NCBI GenBank assembly: GCA_002269645.1
Contig: NIVC01000712.1
Coordinates: 434,001 to 498,000 of the forward strand
Source of the DNA: Macrostomum lignano
Lineage: Eukaryota
Reading direction: 5' to 3'
DNA: 64,000 nt
The notes under the pieces were generated by a model that worked only from the letters and a program-made list of their open reading frames with translations, made no database searches and was not told the DNA's origin. Position 1 is the first letter of the stretch. The number at the start of each line of letters is the position of its first letter. Shown piece by piece: positions 1 through 11,055 of this stretch. Made by a program: the position numbers and the translations under genes.

Positions 1-343
1 CACGCTCACCGCCTCCAGCATCATCGGCTGCCTCAGCTGCATCACAAGCCACCGAGGCCCGGACCGCACAGCAGCAGGGAATCGGTTTGTCTCTGACTGC
101 CGACTCTCCCACCAACGGCAGTGCGCACCGCTGGGTTGCCAGGTGCGCAGAACGTCAGCCCTGCTCAGCTGCACTGTCACTGGAAAATTTATCGAAAAAG
201 ATTTGCAGCCTTGTTTTGCCAGCCTTTGAGCTGCCCCTAAAAGCAGCTGACTCACCCGTGCGATTCACAGCGGAGCAGTCCAAAGATGCAGCAACTCGCA
301 TGCTCAGCAGCAGAGGCAGCAATCGCCAAAGCGAAATTTTCAT
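1..343 (-). CDS. 5' part of a spliced gene for a secreted or membrane protein; exon 1 343-256, exon 2 179-<1 (continues outside the window); possibly discoidin/F5-8C-like
   Basis: ATG at 343 gives MKISLWRLLPLLLSMRVAASLDC (signal-peptide-like). A GTGAGT donor at 255-250 and a TTTTCCAG acceptor ending at 180 define a 76-nt phase-1 intron. The spliced frame stays open: ...NRTVTVQLSRADVLRTWQPSGAHCRWWESRQSETNRFPAAVRSGPRWLVMQLRQPMMLEAVSV. The last part loosely resembles the WLxIDL...V motif of F5/8C domains (inference). Confidence 0.7.
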
Positions 344-1599
344 TGTTCTTTTAAGAAAATATTTATCGCAACGAGTCTGTTGCTGGCTATCTGGTAGAAA
401 ATTTTCAATCGCAGAGTTTTCAATCGTTTCTTATATATTCTGCGCCATAAACGTGTTCCGCTGCATGCAGCCAGCAGCATAAAACCCACCATATCTGATT
501 GCAATGCGGTGGACTGCACTAGCATTCACTCTATCTGTTTTGGTGCTTTCAATGCCAATTTCGCCATGTTTCTGACCGCTTGCCATTACTAGACAGAAAT
601 CTCTATCTAATGACTTTGCCATCGAAAGAGACATGAGCGGCAGTTGTTTTTCAGTTCAGACACTTTTCGGCCGTGAAATTTCATTAAAAATTTGATAATT
701 TGAGAATTTTCAGAAGAGGAAAAATCGATTTAGATTAAAATAGCTCTCACGAAGAAGACGTTATTGTGAATTGTCTTCACGTTTTCGTGCCGTTTGTCTG
801 TTCGAACATTTTGCACATGGGCTTTTTCTCAGTCAGGACTGTCTTTTGATGTGGGACACCCTTTTGCTCCTTATTATTTTGGACTGTAATCTGAAAGTCT
901 GTCTATTCCCATTGCTTAGCTAATGACTTAGTAATCACTCACTTTAATAAATATGACCCCAGGTATTTGATTTAGCGCAATCAGCGTTCGAATCGTGCTG
1001 AAATTATTCAAACTAGAACAACTGGCCGTTTACGTATTTAACACCTTAATTATGTCAAGCTATATGCTGATAGAGAAGAGTGCTAACACTGCCAATGTAG
1101 AAGTGAAACTGAGGGGAGCTCAAATGATGCAATACTCAATACATTTGTATCAATGTAGGTCGTACTTACCGAAGCCACCTATTGCGTGTAAGCCGCAATT
1201 TAAAGAGGAAACTTATTTATCATCGCCACTCCATATGCATCAGAGTTCCAGGGAAATAATTTAGAAAGGCCATGTGATTCCGCGCCTTACACGAAGGAAT
1301 TCCCATCATGATAAATTTTTCTACACTATTCAATTCATCCCTTTCATAGAGTCACTTTACACCGGTTATGTCTAGACTAGAAGTGCCTAGCCCTGTGTTC
1401 GCTATTGTAGCGTATGGGAACCGAGATGATTAGTCCTGGTCATCCTGGTCCTAAGGAGCGAGGCCTGCTGACTGTACATGTACATATCGTCGCAGAAAAA
1501 ATAGAAGCCGGCCCAATTCTCACTCCGCAAAGGTCTCAGCAACAGCAGCTGGTAGCAGTTTTCAACAGCAACGGAACCTGGGCAACAATAATAGCAGTA

Positions 1600-2935
1600 T
1601 ACGTTGTCAGCCAGTCTCAGCGAGTCAAGAGGCAAAGACAACGTAACAGGGCACGTTTCAGGGCCTGGGCGCAAACGTACATGTATGCCTCACCATCGGC
1701 AGTGTCCAGGGCGCCAGCATCAGCCAGCAGGCAGTCGATGAAGCGCCGAGTGCGCGCCTGTTCCCGCCGGTAGGGTGCCTGCAGCGTGAGCAACAGCACC
1801 TCATGCACCGGCTGCGGGCAGTAGGACTCGGCTCAGATGATATGGCCTGCCAGATGAAGCCTCCGACGGCGCAACAGTTCGCTGGGACGGGACATGCCGG
1901 TGCGGCGATAGAGTGCGGCATTGCTGACGTGCTTGAAGCTAATCTTGAAGGCGGTGCACAGCAGGCCAGCGTGCGCCGCATCGACCTGCTGTTCGAGCGA
2001 TTACATCAGCGTCCAGGTCTCAAAGTTGAACAGCAGGACGGTCTCGATCACCGCCTGGAACAACTCCGCCCTTTAGCAGTCAGGCAGAGCCTTGGACTGC
2101 AGAACAGCTCTCACGGAACGAAAGGCAGCCCAGGCAAGTCCGCCGCGTCGTGACAGAAGCTCCTCGCTTCATGTACACGCAGGCACCAGACCACCGAGGT
2201 AGACGAACTGCTGACAGTGCGGAAGCTTCATCACCTGCGCGTCAGCGCCTCGGCAGCCTCGGTGTCATCGATGTCGTCCGGCTGGCGGAGCACGAAGCGG
2301 TCTTCTGTGTGTTCACCACCTGCTCGACGCTCGCCGCAACGCTCACCAGCCGGTCCAGCTGGCGCCGTGCGCCCTCAACGGTCGAGGACAGCAGGACGAG
2401 ATCGTCGGCGTAGCCAAGCGCGCTGAGCAGCCAGTCTGGTTGGTGTCGATGCAGCAGGAAGCCGTCCTCTCTTCTGCCGGCAACGGCGTCCCTGGCGGCA
2501 ACCTCAGATCGTTTTGCAGCGAGGGCAGCGGTGCGTTAACGATGGCGGCCAAGAATTCGCGCAGCTCATTTCTGCGCTCATTGGGGGGTATCATCAGCCA
2601 GCTCGCCCAGTCAGAGCGTTGATGGCGGATCAGGCCACGCGCCCTTTGGCGTCGAGTCGAAGGCCTGGATGGCGTCGCCAACAGCAGCTTGTTGCCGCTG
2701 CAGGAAGACAGCTGCAAGAGTCTCCTCCGCCTCACGAGTTCGCCGCCTGTTCAGACGGAGCCTCTACTCTGGCCTCGCTTGCCGAATCGCAGAGTCTTCC
2801 TGCCTCAGTGTAGTTGGCTTGCCCACACCTGTCACCAAGCATGCTGACGAAGTCTCTAGCAAAATGGCGACGTGTCTGGGTGGCCTTGAGCGCACGGTAC
2901 TAGCGCCGCAGTGTCTTCAGCGTCTCGTAAAATCT
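1600..2935 (-). mobile_element. Decayed non-LTR (LINE, RTE-like) retrotransposon reverse-transcriptase fragment
   Basis: The minus strand encodes ALGYADDLVLLSSTVEGARRQLDRL (YADD at 2412-2401), QFVYLGGLV, LAWAAFRSVRAVL, LFQAVIETVLLFNFETWTL and SNAALYRRTGMSRPSELLRRRRLHLAGHII. It has several stops and frameshifts and is GC-rich against AT-rich flanks. Boundaries are approximate. Confidence 0.85.
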
Positions 2936-3029
2936 AGTTTAAACTAGTGTTTTGATTGATTTGGCTATTCTTTTATGCTGAAAGTTTAGCATTATTTTGC
3001 TATCCATTTTACGAGTAGCTGTAGCTGTA

Positions 3030-3105
<76 letters not shown>
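3030..3105. repeat. (TAAC)n microsatellite, left part of the Gypsy target array
   Basis: About 19 perfect TAAC units abutting the 5' LTR. Confidence 0.97.
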
Positions 3106-3106
<1 letters not shown>

Positions 3107-3664
3107 GTAGTAGGGCATTATTTTAGAAACGGAATTTTGCAGGTTTAAATATGCTTTTACCCTACTATCAGTAGTTTCAACCCGGGGAAATAATTAGAGC
3201 GGGGGTAAGTGGATAAAATCGGGGTTCCTTTAGAAATACAGAGCAGTTGGGCTCTTGGGAAAGAAAACGCCTTCGTTGGAGTGTCTTCTCCTGTTTAACT
3301 TAGAGAATTCACGAAGAAGTGGTAAGGAAAGGGAAATATAAAGGGATAGGTTTGCACAGAGGAGTCTTGCCTCTAAATATTGGGAGTCTTGCCCAAAACG
3401 CACAACGGGAATAAAACTAGGGAATTAATGTAACACAAATAACCTTTTGTACGCATTCTCTTTATTATTAAATATTTCCAACTGATAACTATAATCTTTG
3501 GTGTCCTGACTCACTTCTTTAATCTAAAGTACTAGACTTAGGGAAAGCAGGAAACCTGGTGGCAGCGAACTACCAAACATTTAAACAGTACCGCAGATAA
3601 TAATCCACTCATAATCCTTAGCAATAGAAACCAGTAGCTTAGCCGCGGTTACACGCCCATTCCA
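3106..3664 (+). repeat. 5' LTR
   Basis: Runs TGTAGTAGGG...GCCCATTCCA and matches 11056-11614 with no difference seen by eye. TATAAA at 3337-3342 and AATAAA at 3410-3415. Confidence 0.97.
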
Positions 3665-3666
3665 AT

Positions 3667-3676
3667 TGGTGGCAGC
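3667..3676 (+). promoter_or_regulatory. Primer-binding site, tRNA-Leu-like
   Basis: TGGTGGCAGC starts 2 nt after the LTR end and is complementary to the ...GCUGCCACCA 3' end typical of eukaryotic tRNA-Leu. The tRNA identity is from recall, not a search. Confidence 0.75.
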
Positions 3677-4118
3677 TTAGAGGATTAGAATACCCGAGAA
3701 GCGCATACATTAGACTGGAGCTTAGGATTAGTAAGGGATTAACGGATTAACTCCTATGTGCTGAAATTAGAACCAAAACTAACACAAAATTACTAATTAG
3801 GTTCTAAATTAGAGATTAATGTACATAGTCAGTTGGTCTAAGATTGTCAAATCACAGATTAACGGATTAACGGATTAGGAACGGATTAACGCTCCTGAAA
3901 GGAATTCTAACTTAGTTTCTTCGCTAGAAGATTAGTAAGGTCTCAATTAAGACCAGAAGTAAGGCGGAAGTAATAAAACTAGAGTCACTGCTGTTTTATT
4001 AACTAAAGTCTTACCATTAGGCAATTAGCAGCTAAATTCGGAGTCTTGCCAATTTAACTGACCAAAATTATTAAACCAGAAGCGTTAATTCTAAAATCCG
4101 ACCTAAAAATAAACTAAT

Positions 4119-5162
4119 ATGGAAGCGAATGACGTAGTAGAAGCACTGGCTGAAGGCATTAGAGACAGGCTAGACATTAGGAAACATATTAGAATCCAAA
4201 AGTACACGCCTAATCAGGATATAGACGTGTGGATTCAGGCTTTTGAGCAGAGGTGTATCGCAGATGAGATACCCCCAGCTGAGTGGAAGAATGAGCTACT
4301 GTCTAACCTAGATGTTCAGTCAGCGTTCGCTATCGTGACAAGGCTAAACTTAGACCCTAATCTAGCATACGCAGACTTTAAGGACAGACTAATTGAGCGA
4401 TTCACGCATGTAGGTAGTGCTCAAGAAGCTAGGGAAGAGTTCCGTAGTAGGTTCCAGTGCAAAACTGAAAGCACTGATGACTACGCTGAGAAGCTAACAG
4501 AGCTAGCATGCAGGGCGTTTCCCCATCTAACTAACGATCAGAGACAGGAAGAGGTGGTGGAACAATTTATTAGAGGTGTTAGGGTTGCCCCAGAGACTAG
4601 AGAGAAGCTACTACTAGCTCAGGTAAACTCGCTTCAAGAGACACGTCGAGTCTTGCGACGTATTGAAATGGCGTACGCTATGTCTCGCCGAGGTAGAGAC
4701 CCGCAGCAGTGTAAGGCAACTGGAGGAGAAGAAGCTGAGAATAGCTTGAAGGAATTAGTCCGCAAACAGGGTGAGGCGCTAGAGAATCAGCAGAAGGTGC
4801 TTCAGGAGTTACTCCGACACCACCAGAATGTTGAGCAGAAGGTCAACCAGCAGCAGCCGTCAGGTCAGCAGCAGCAAGGCCAGAATCAGCAGAGGCGTCC
4901 CCCAGTGAAGTGTAACAGGTGTGGCAAGCTAGGTCACGTAGCTAAGAATTGTAGACAGCCACATCCTCAGAACCAGCTTAGGTACCCGGCTCAGCAGCAG
5001 ATGCAGTATCAGCAGCCGCAGTATCAGCAGCCGCAGTATCAGCAGCCGATGTACCCACAGCAGCAAATGCAGCCGCAGTACCCGCAGCCGCATTACCCTC
5101 AGCAGCAGAATTCGGGAAACGGAATAGACGGAAGCGTCGGAGGCAACGCTTTCCAGCAGTAG
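4119..5162 (+). CDS. gag: Gypsy Gag polyprotein (347 aa)
   Basis: Retrotransposon capsid-like helical region, CX2CX4HX4C knuckle CNRCGKLGHVAKNC, and a Q/P/Y-rich tail. Confidence 0.93.
   Translation: MEANDVVEALAEGIRDRLDIRKHIRIQKYTPNQDIDVWIQAFEQRCIADEIPPAEWKNELLSNLDVQSAFAIVTRLNLDPNLAYADFKDRLIERFTHVGSAQEAREEFRSRFQCKTESTDDYAEKLTELACRAFPHLTNDQRQEEVVEQFIRGVRVAPETREKLLLAQVNSLQETRRVLRRIEMAYAMSRRGRDPQQCKATGGEEAENSLKELVRKQGEALENQQKVLQELLRHHQNVEQKVNQQQPSGQQQQGQNQQRRPPVKCNRCGKLGHVAKNCRQPHPQNQLRYPAQQQMQYQQPQYQQPQYQQPMYPQQQMQPQYPQPHYPQQQNSGNGIDGSVGGNAFQQ
5114..5153 (+). promoter_or_regulatory. -1 programmed ribosomal frameshift signal (G GGA AAC plus downstream stem-loop)
   Basis: The heptamer at 5114-5120 is in correct gag phase. 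The -1 frame is open from 4946 into pol. An 8-bp stem GGAAGCGU/ACGCUUUC spans 5130-5153. Confidence 0.8.
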
Positions 5163-8100
5163 ACCCCTCACAGTCTGTAGCCTCACAACCTGTAAATAGC
5201 AGCGATACTTTTTCTGTAAATAGTGAATTGAATTCTTCAGTGTATAACAGTACGCATGCGCAATCATTTAATCAATCATTTAATCAGCCAAACATTTATT
5301 CTCAGCACTTTTCAAACGCACCACAACAGCAACCTTATTCTAGTGAGCAGCAGCTAAAACAACCAAAATTAACTGAACAAACTAAAAAACAAAGTTATGA
5401 TCCGTACATCACTGGCAGCATTTTAAATAAGGAAATAGTTTATCTATTAGACACTGGCAGTAATAGAAATATCTTAGGACGCGAAACCTGGAAGCATCTT
5501 TTCACTGGCAAGAATAGGCATCTAATTAAGCATTGGGATAATAGAATTGTTTCTTTTATGGAAGAGCCTATTCCAATTAAGGGTTTCGTAGTTATTAAGG
5601 CAACATTTGGCGATTTCGAAGAAGAAATTGAGTTTCTATTATGTGACGCAGATGTAGACAATGTAATAGGTGTGACGTTTGTCCAAAATTATTGTACTAC
5701 TATTGACTTCGATGCAGGAATGCTAACCATGAAACAAGGAACTAGAATTCCGCTTCGATCAACCAGAGCTAAGCCTCAGGTTAGGAGAATCTATGTCGCA
5801 GAAAAGACGACAGTTCCAGCCAATAGTTCAGGATTAGTCAAGGTCAGATTAGCAGCAGGTAGTGAAAATAATTTCGGAGTGCCATCAGTTGTTGAGCCAC
5901 TCAGATCAGGATTAAAGACTAGAGCAGAGAAAGTAACCGTAGTGCCAAGTTTAGTAACTCTAAGACAAGGGGAAGCTTATTTAGAAGTGATCAACACCAG
6001 TTCACAGGAAGCGAGAGTACCAGCATCAGCATTAGTTGGGATGGCTAAACCACTCTTAGCTAGCGAGCTTAACTATCTGAAGGAACAGCCAGAAGAGGAG
6101 CAGAATAGGAACACGCAGTCTTGCGGAAACAGGGAAAAGATCAGTCAGGTGCAGGAGAAGTCAGAAGACTGGATTAGTGAGATTAACATAGGAACTGAAC
6201 TGACTCAGGAACAGAGACAAAAGGTGATCGAGGTCGTCAAGGAACATTCAGCAGCTTTCTCGCAGCACGAATTAGACTTAGGCAGAACGCATTTAGTCAC
6301 TCATGAGATTATCTTGAAGGACAACAACCCAGTTCAGATACCAGCTAGAAAGATTCCACCTCATTGGATCAAGGAGGTAGATGAACAGTTAGATCTCATG
6401 TTGGCTAGAGGCATAATTAGGCCTAGTTACTCGCAGTACTCGACTCCATTAGTCATAGTACCTAAGAAAGACGGTTCGCTGAGATTAGTTAACGACTATC
6501 GAGCACTAAACAATAAATCGGAGTACTTTCCGTATCCAATAACGAATATCAATGAAACATTTTCATGTCTCCATGGAGCCAGTCAATTCTCTACGTTAGA
6601 TCTATTTTCAGGATATTATCAGATAGCTCTTAGGGAAGAAGATAAGTGCAAGACTAGCTTTCCAACTTTACATCGAGGCTCGTTTGAGTACGAAGTATTG
6701 CCAATGGGACTGCAAGGAGCTCCAGGAACTTTTCAAAGGTGCATGAACTTAGTTCTTAAGGACATTGCACAGAAGTTCGCCATAGCTTACTTAGACGATG
6801 TAATAGTTTATAGTGCAGACTTTGAATCGCATTTAGAACACCTGAAAGAAGTGCTCAAGAGACTAATACAAGCTAACATGAAACTAAAGGCTAAGAAATG
6901 TCACCTTTTCAAATCAGAATTACAATATCTAGGACACGTCATAGGCAAAGCAGGAATTAAGAGGGATGCGTCGAAATTAGAATCAATTAGGAACTGGCCG
7001 AAACCTAAATCTGTGACAGAGCTTCGAAGTTTTCTCGGACTCTGTAATTACTATAGAAAATTCGTTAGAGATTTTGCCGAGGTAGCAGCACCACTCTGTG
7101 AGTTAACTAAGAAGAACATCAAGTGTATCCAGGACAAATGGACCAGGATTCATGATGAATGCTTCGAACTGTTGAAGGAACGGATGTGTTCCGAAGAAGT
7201 GCTTGCTTACCCAGAGTTCAATACAGACCCCCAAGTTTATTTTGTGTTAGACACTGATGCATCAGATGTCAGAATTGGGGCGGTCTTGAATCAAGTTCAG
7301 AGCGACGGCATAGAAAGACCGATCGCGTATTATAGTCGGAAGATGAGGCAGTCAGAAACTAGATATCCGATTACGAGGAAGGAGCTTCTAGCGATTGTTG
7401 ACTCGCTGAAGTACTTTAGATTTTACCTCGTAGGAAAACATTTTAAGGTGCGCACTGATCACAATGCCCTAACCTGGTTGCTTCGCCAAACCGAACAGAC
7501 AGGCATTTTAGGTCGTTGGATCGAAAGACTTTCCGAATTTGATTTTGAGATAGAACATAGGAGTGGCCCTAAACATGTGAATGCTGACGCTCTATCCAGG
7601 ATCCCTGATCCTCAACCGGAAGAGATGTCCCCACATGCCAGGTCGCTAAGCTGTAGGGCAACTGTGAATACAGACCCAGCATCAGCTTTTACTGTCAGCT
7701 CAGGCAATTCCGCGTTCGCTGAAACCTGTAGCTCGAGCAGTGGAGTTCCGTCATGCTGTTCGTCACAAGACACTGTCACGAACCGACACAATACTCCGAT
7801 CTTTAGTAGCAGTAGGCTAGACAATAGACAGGGACAGGAGCCTAAAACCGGAAATCCGCCTGCATGCAATGCCCTGCTCAGTGACTATCTCCGTAGCCCA
7901 GTTCGCCGTGACCAATTGATCGCAGCACAGCTAGCCGATCCGGCGGTAGGCTTTGTTAGAAATTTAATTGAGAATGACTCGCCTAAACCGACATTTCAAG
8001 AACGACTAGAGTTAACCCACGACTGTAGGAACCTCTTAGGTTACTATGAGTTGCTCAGAATTGAGGACGGTGTACTCAAAGTAGACTTATCTATGGGGCA

Positions 8101-9679
8101 GACTGATCCAAAGGTAGTGTTGCCCAAGTCTCTGGATAGTGAAGTATTTCACCAATTCCATGATTCACCGTTAGCGGGACACCTAGGTCGAGATAAAACT
8201 TATCAGAGAATTAAAATTCGATTTTGGAGGCCAGGATTAGCAACAGCAGTCGAACGCTACGTAGCCAAATGTAAATCGTGCTTAGAAAGCAAAACTAGAC
8301 GAAGAATTAAGGCACCAATTCAGAACTATCCTGTAGTCGAACCGTTCGGTAGATTGCACATAGATCTAATATGACCTATTGGCCAAACTAGCAAATCAGG
8401 AAACAAATATGTACTTTCAGTCATAGACAGCACTAGCAAATTTCCATTCGCATTCGCAATTAGGAATCAGAAGGCTAAAACAGTTATCAAAATTCTACAA
8501 GAACGAGTTTTCGCTGATTTTGGGATTCCACAATGGATTCACACAGACCAGGGAACACAGTTCACTGGTAGGGCCTTTAAGAAATTTTTAGACCTCTATG
8601 GCATTAGACACACTCGAACAACTAGTTATCATCCGCAGAGCAATGGCTTAGTAGAAAACCTTAATAAGCAGATTAAATCAATTCTCACCTGTTTACTGGA
8701 GAAGGAGCATTCCAACTGGGACGTTCTGTTGCCAGGTTGCATCACAGCTCTGAGAACCAGCACGCACACTGCCACAGGATTTAGTCCGCACTATTTAGTC
8801 TTTGGACGAGAGGCCAGAATGCCCTGTGACAATGAGCTGAACGAGCCAAAGCAGTTTCAGGACCTGCCATCTTATGTCCAGGAACATCAGCAGAATCTGC
8901 AGGAAGGCCAAGAACTAGCAAGAAAGAGATTAAAATTAGTGCAACAAAACCGTGAGCAGGAGTACTCTAATAAGCCTAAGCCGAAAACATTGCCTGTAGA
9001 AAGCTTAGTATTTATCAATAATCCAGTAATTGCTAACACAGAGGCTAACAAATTTCACAGAAAACAGAGGGCAGTTTACGAAATTGTAGAACAATTATCA
9101 GAAGTAGTCTTTAAGATTAGACCAGTTACCAAAAATAAGAAGGCTAGAAAGGAAGAACTTATTATGCATAGGGATAATTTAATGGAAGTACCGCAAGCAG
9201 ATTATCAGGAAGAAGAAGCTAGTACTAAGCCAAAAGAGCAGAGGAAACAATACGATAGGGAACAGTTAGCCAATAGCCAGCCGAATGTGTACAATGACTC
9301 AGAAAGTGAAGACGAGTACGAAGACGCAGTGCAGTTTATGCCAGTGCAACATCAAAATAATGAGCAGTTTATGCCAGTGCAACATCAAAATAATGAGCAG
9401 TTTATGCCAGTGCAAAATCAAAATAATGTGCAGTCAGTGCCAAATCAACAAGTGCAGCATCAAAATAATAATCAAAATAATTCAGTAGGTGTACAAGGAG
9501 TTATGCCGGTACAATTAAATAATAACAATAATAATTTAGGGATTAATTTAGAAGCTAGGCCAGCTAGAGAGCGTCATGCTCCAGATAGATTAACTGTCAG
9601 GCCAAACCAGAAAAGTTATGTACAGAGGATAGCGGAGTTGTTTAACCCATTTAACCTCTTACAGCCTAAAACTAATTAG
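5114..9679 (+). CDS. pol: Gypsy Pol (protease, RT, RNase H, integrase), interrupted by one in-frame TGA at 8372-8374
   Basis: LLDTGS protease, YLDD RT, DTDASD RNase H, HHCC zinc finger ([10 protein letters not shown]...CKSC), and DDE residues HIDLI* / HTDQG / GLVEN. ORFs 5228-8374 and 8729-9679 share one frame, and the interval between them has no other stop. Confidence 0.93.
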
Positions 9680-9681
9680 CA

Positions 9682-10536
9682 ATGGCCGACGCCCCGTTGC
9701 GAGTGTACGCTAAAAAGAAGATCTATGGACAGAAGAGGAGGAATGAAGGCCAAGAAGAAAATGAACCTCCACGAATTAGGGCTGTCCATGACGCAAGCAC
9801 GAAGTTCATCGAGGGAGAACATAAGAGGCGGAAGCTGGAACCAAGAGAAGAGGACAGTGAACCGGAAGGAGGATTAGTCGTAGACGTGAATCTAGAAGAT
9901 TTAGAGAGGGCAACCAAACAAAAGGAGGAAGAGTTCAGAGACGAGATGGCGCGATTTATGGAGGAGATACGGCAACACGAGGAAGGGGTAGAGCCCATAG
10001 ACGAGCAGGAGGAGACGGCCGCAGACGAAACGAAGTGCCAACCAGAGCAACGTCAGCCCGAGCAGTGCCACACAACGCGAGGCCAGCCTGAGCCTGCGCC
10101 GAGCCCGCTCATTGATTATGCCTCACTGCTCAGGGTAGACCTGGGTGACACGCCGGCCTTTGAAGAGACCAGCACGGAGCGTCCGGACAGCCCCGGGACA
10201 CAGGCGCGGAAATTCCGCAAGTGCCGTCGCGCTCTTAAGCGGTCTATCCTGGCCACAGGAAGAACAGGGCACTTCGAGGCTCAGCTACCGGAAGCGTGCG
10301 TCCATTTCCTGGCCACGGCGACATCAGAGGAGGCAGTCAGGTGTTTTGAAATCGCCTGCTCATACTGCCTACAGTACGCAGAAGGAAGGGCTCGGGGACC
10401 AATCAGCATGAGGGCGACCACCGAGCAGCTTGAGTTCATCGCCAGTCGATTCGACCCTGCTAATCAGCTGATTCCGGTAAACGGACTACTTTACTTGTCC
10501 ACGCAAAACACCCTAAATCTCCGGCCAGTCAATTAA
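9682..10536 (+). CDS. Additional ORF3 of the Gypsy element, unknown function, not env-like (284 aa)
   Basis: ATG lies 2 nt after the pol stop and inside the LTR boundaries. The protein has basic NLS-like motifs (KKKIYGQKRR, KRRKL), an acidic helical middle and a Cys/His-containing C-terminus. No signal peptide or TM segment is visible. Confidence 0.75.
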   Translation: MADAPLRVYAKKKIYGQKRRNEGQEENEPPRIRAVHDASTKFIEGEHKRRKLEPREEDSEPEGGLVVDVNLEDLERATKQKEEEFRDEMARFMEEIRQHEEGVEPIDEQEETAADETKCQPEQRQPEQCHTTRGQPEPAPSPLIDYASLLRVDLGDTPAFEETSTERPDSPGTQARKFRKCRRALKRSILATGRTGHFEAQLPEACVHFLATATSEEAVRCFEIACSYCLQYAEGRARGPISMRATTEQLEFIASRFDPANQLIPVNGLLYLSTQNTLNLRPVN

Positions 10537-11045
10537 GCAAAACTAGGGAACTTAATAACTCTTCCAAAGCAACATAATTACACATGCTCGATGCCATCAA
10601 ATATTTTTTTTATCATTTACCATCTTTTGGAGTAAGAACTTGCCAATTATTTTACTGCTTTTTTTTGCACCGCATTTTTTTTAGATGTTGTATACACTTG
10701 CCATTATTTGCGTTCTTTTGTTCAACTTACTCAACATTTAGCGTAACTAGTAAGCATGTCATTAATTCCTCTTATCATACTTAACATTTAATCCAGGTCT
10801 TAATAATACAATGCCATACGCATATTTCAACTTGTTCAACCACTTAATATCATTAAAGTTTTACGACTATGCATACCATTAACTTTTCCACTTGTCATAC
10901 GTGTAGACTTAATAATCCTTGCTCACTACATTGTTTGATATTCAGTCATCACTGATAAGCGCATTGATACTTATTACGTAACTCAATTTTTGTTAATAAA
11001 TATAATCATCAATGTACAAAAGGGGGTTTTGCACATTTTTGTAGC

Positions 11046-11055
11046 GAGGGGGAGG
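11046..11055 (+). promoter_or_regulatory. Polypurine tract
   Basis: GAGGGGGAGG immediately before the 3' LTR. Confidence 0.9.

Noticed and set aside
431-634. 67-aa minus-strand ORF upstream of the secreted gene
   Set aside because: It ends before the signal-peptide ATG and has no recognisable features; likely 5' UTR or chance.
1402-2947. Many overlapping GC-rich ORFs on both strands
   Set aside because: Shadow frames of the decayed LINE; the real RT motifs lie in an interrupted minus-strand frame.
9682-10536. ORF3 as an env gene
   Set aside because: No signal peptide, furin site plus fusion peptide, or TM anchor is visible.
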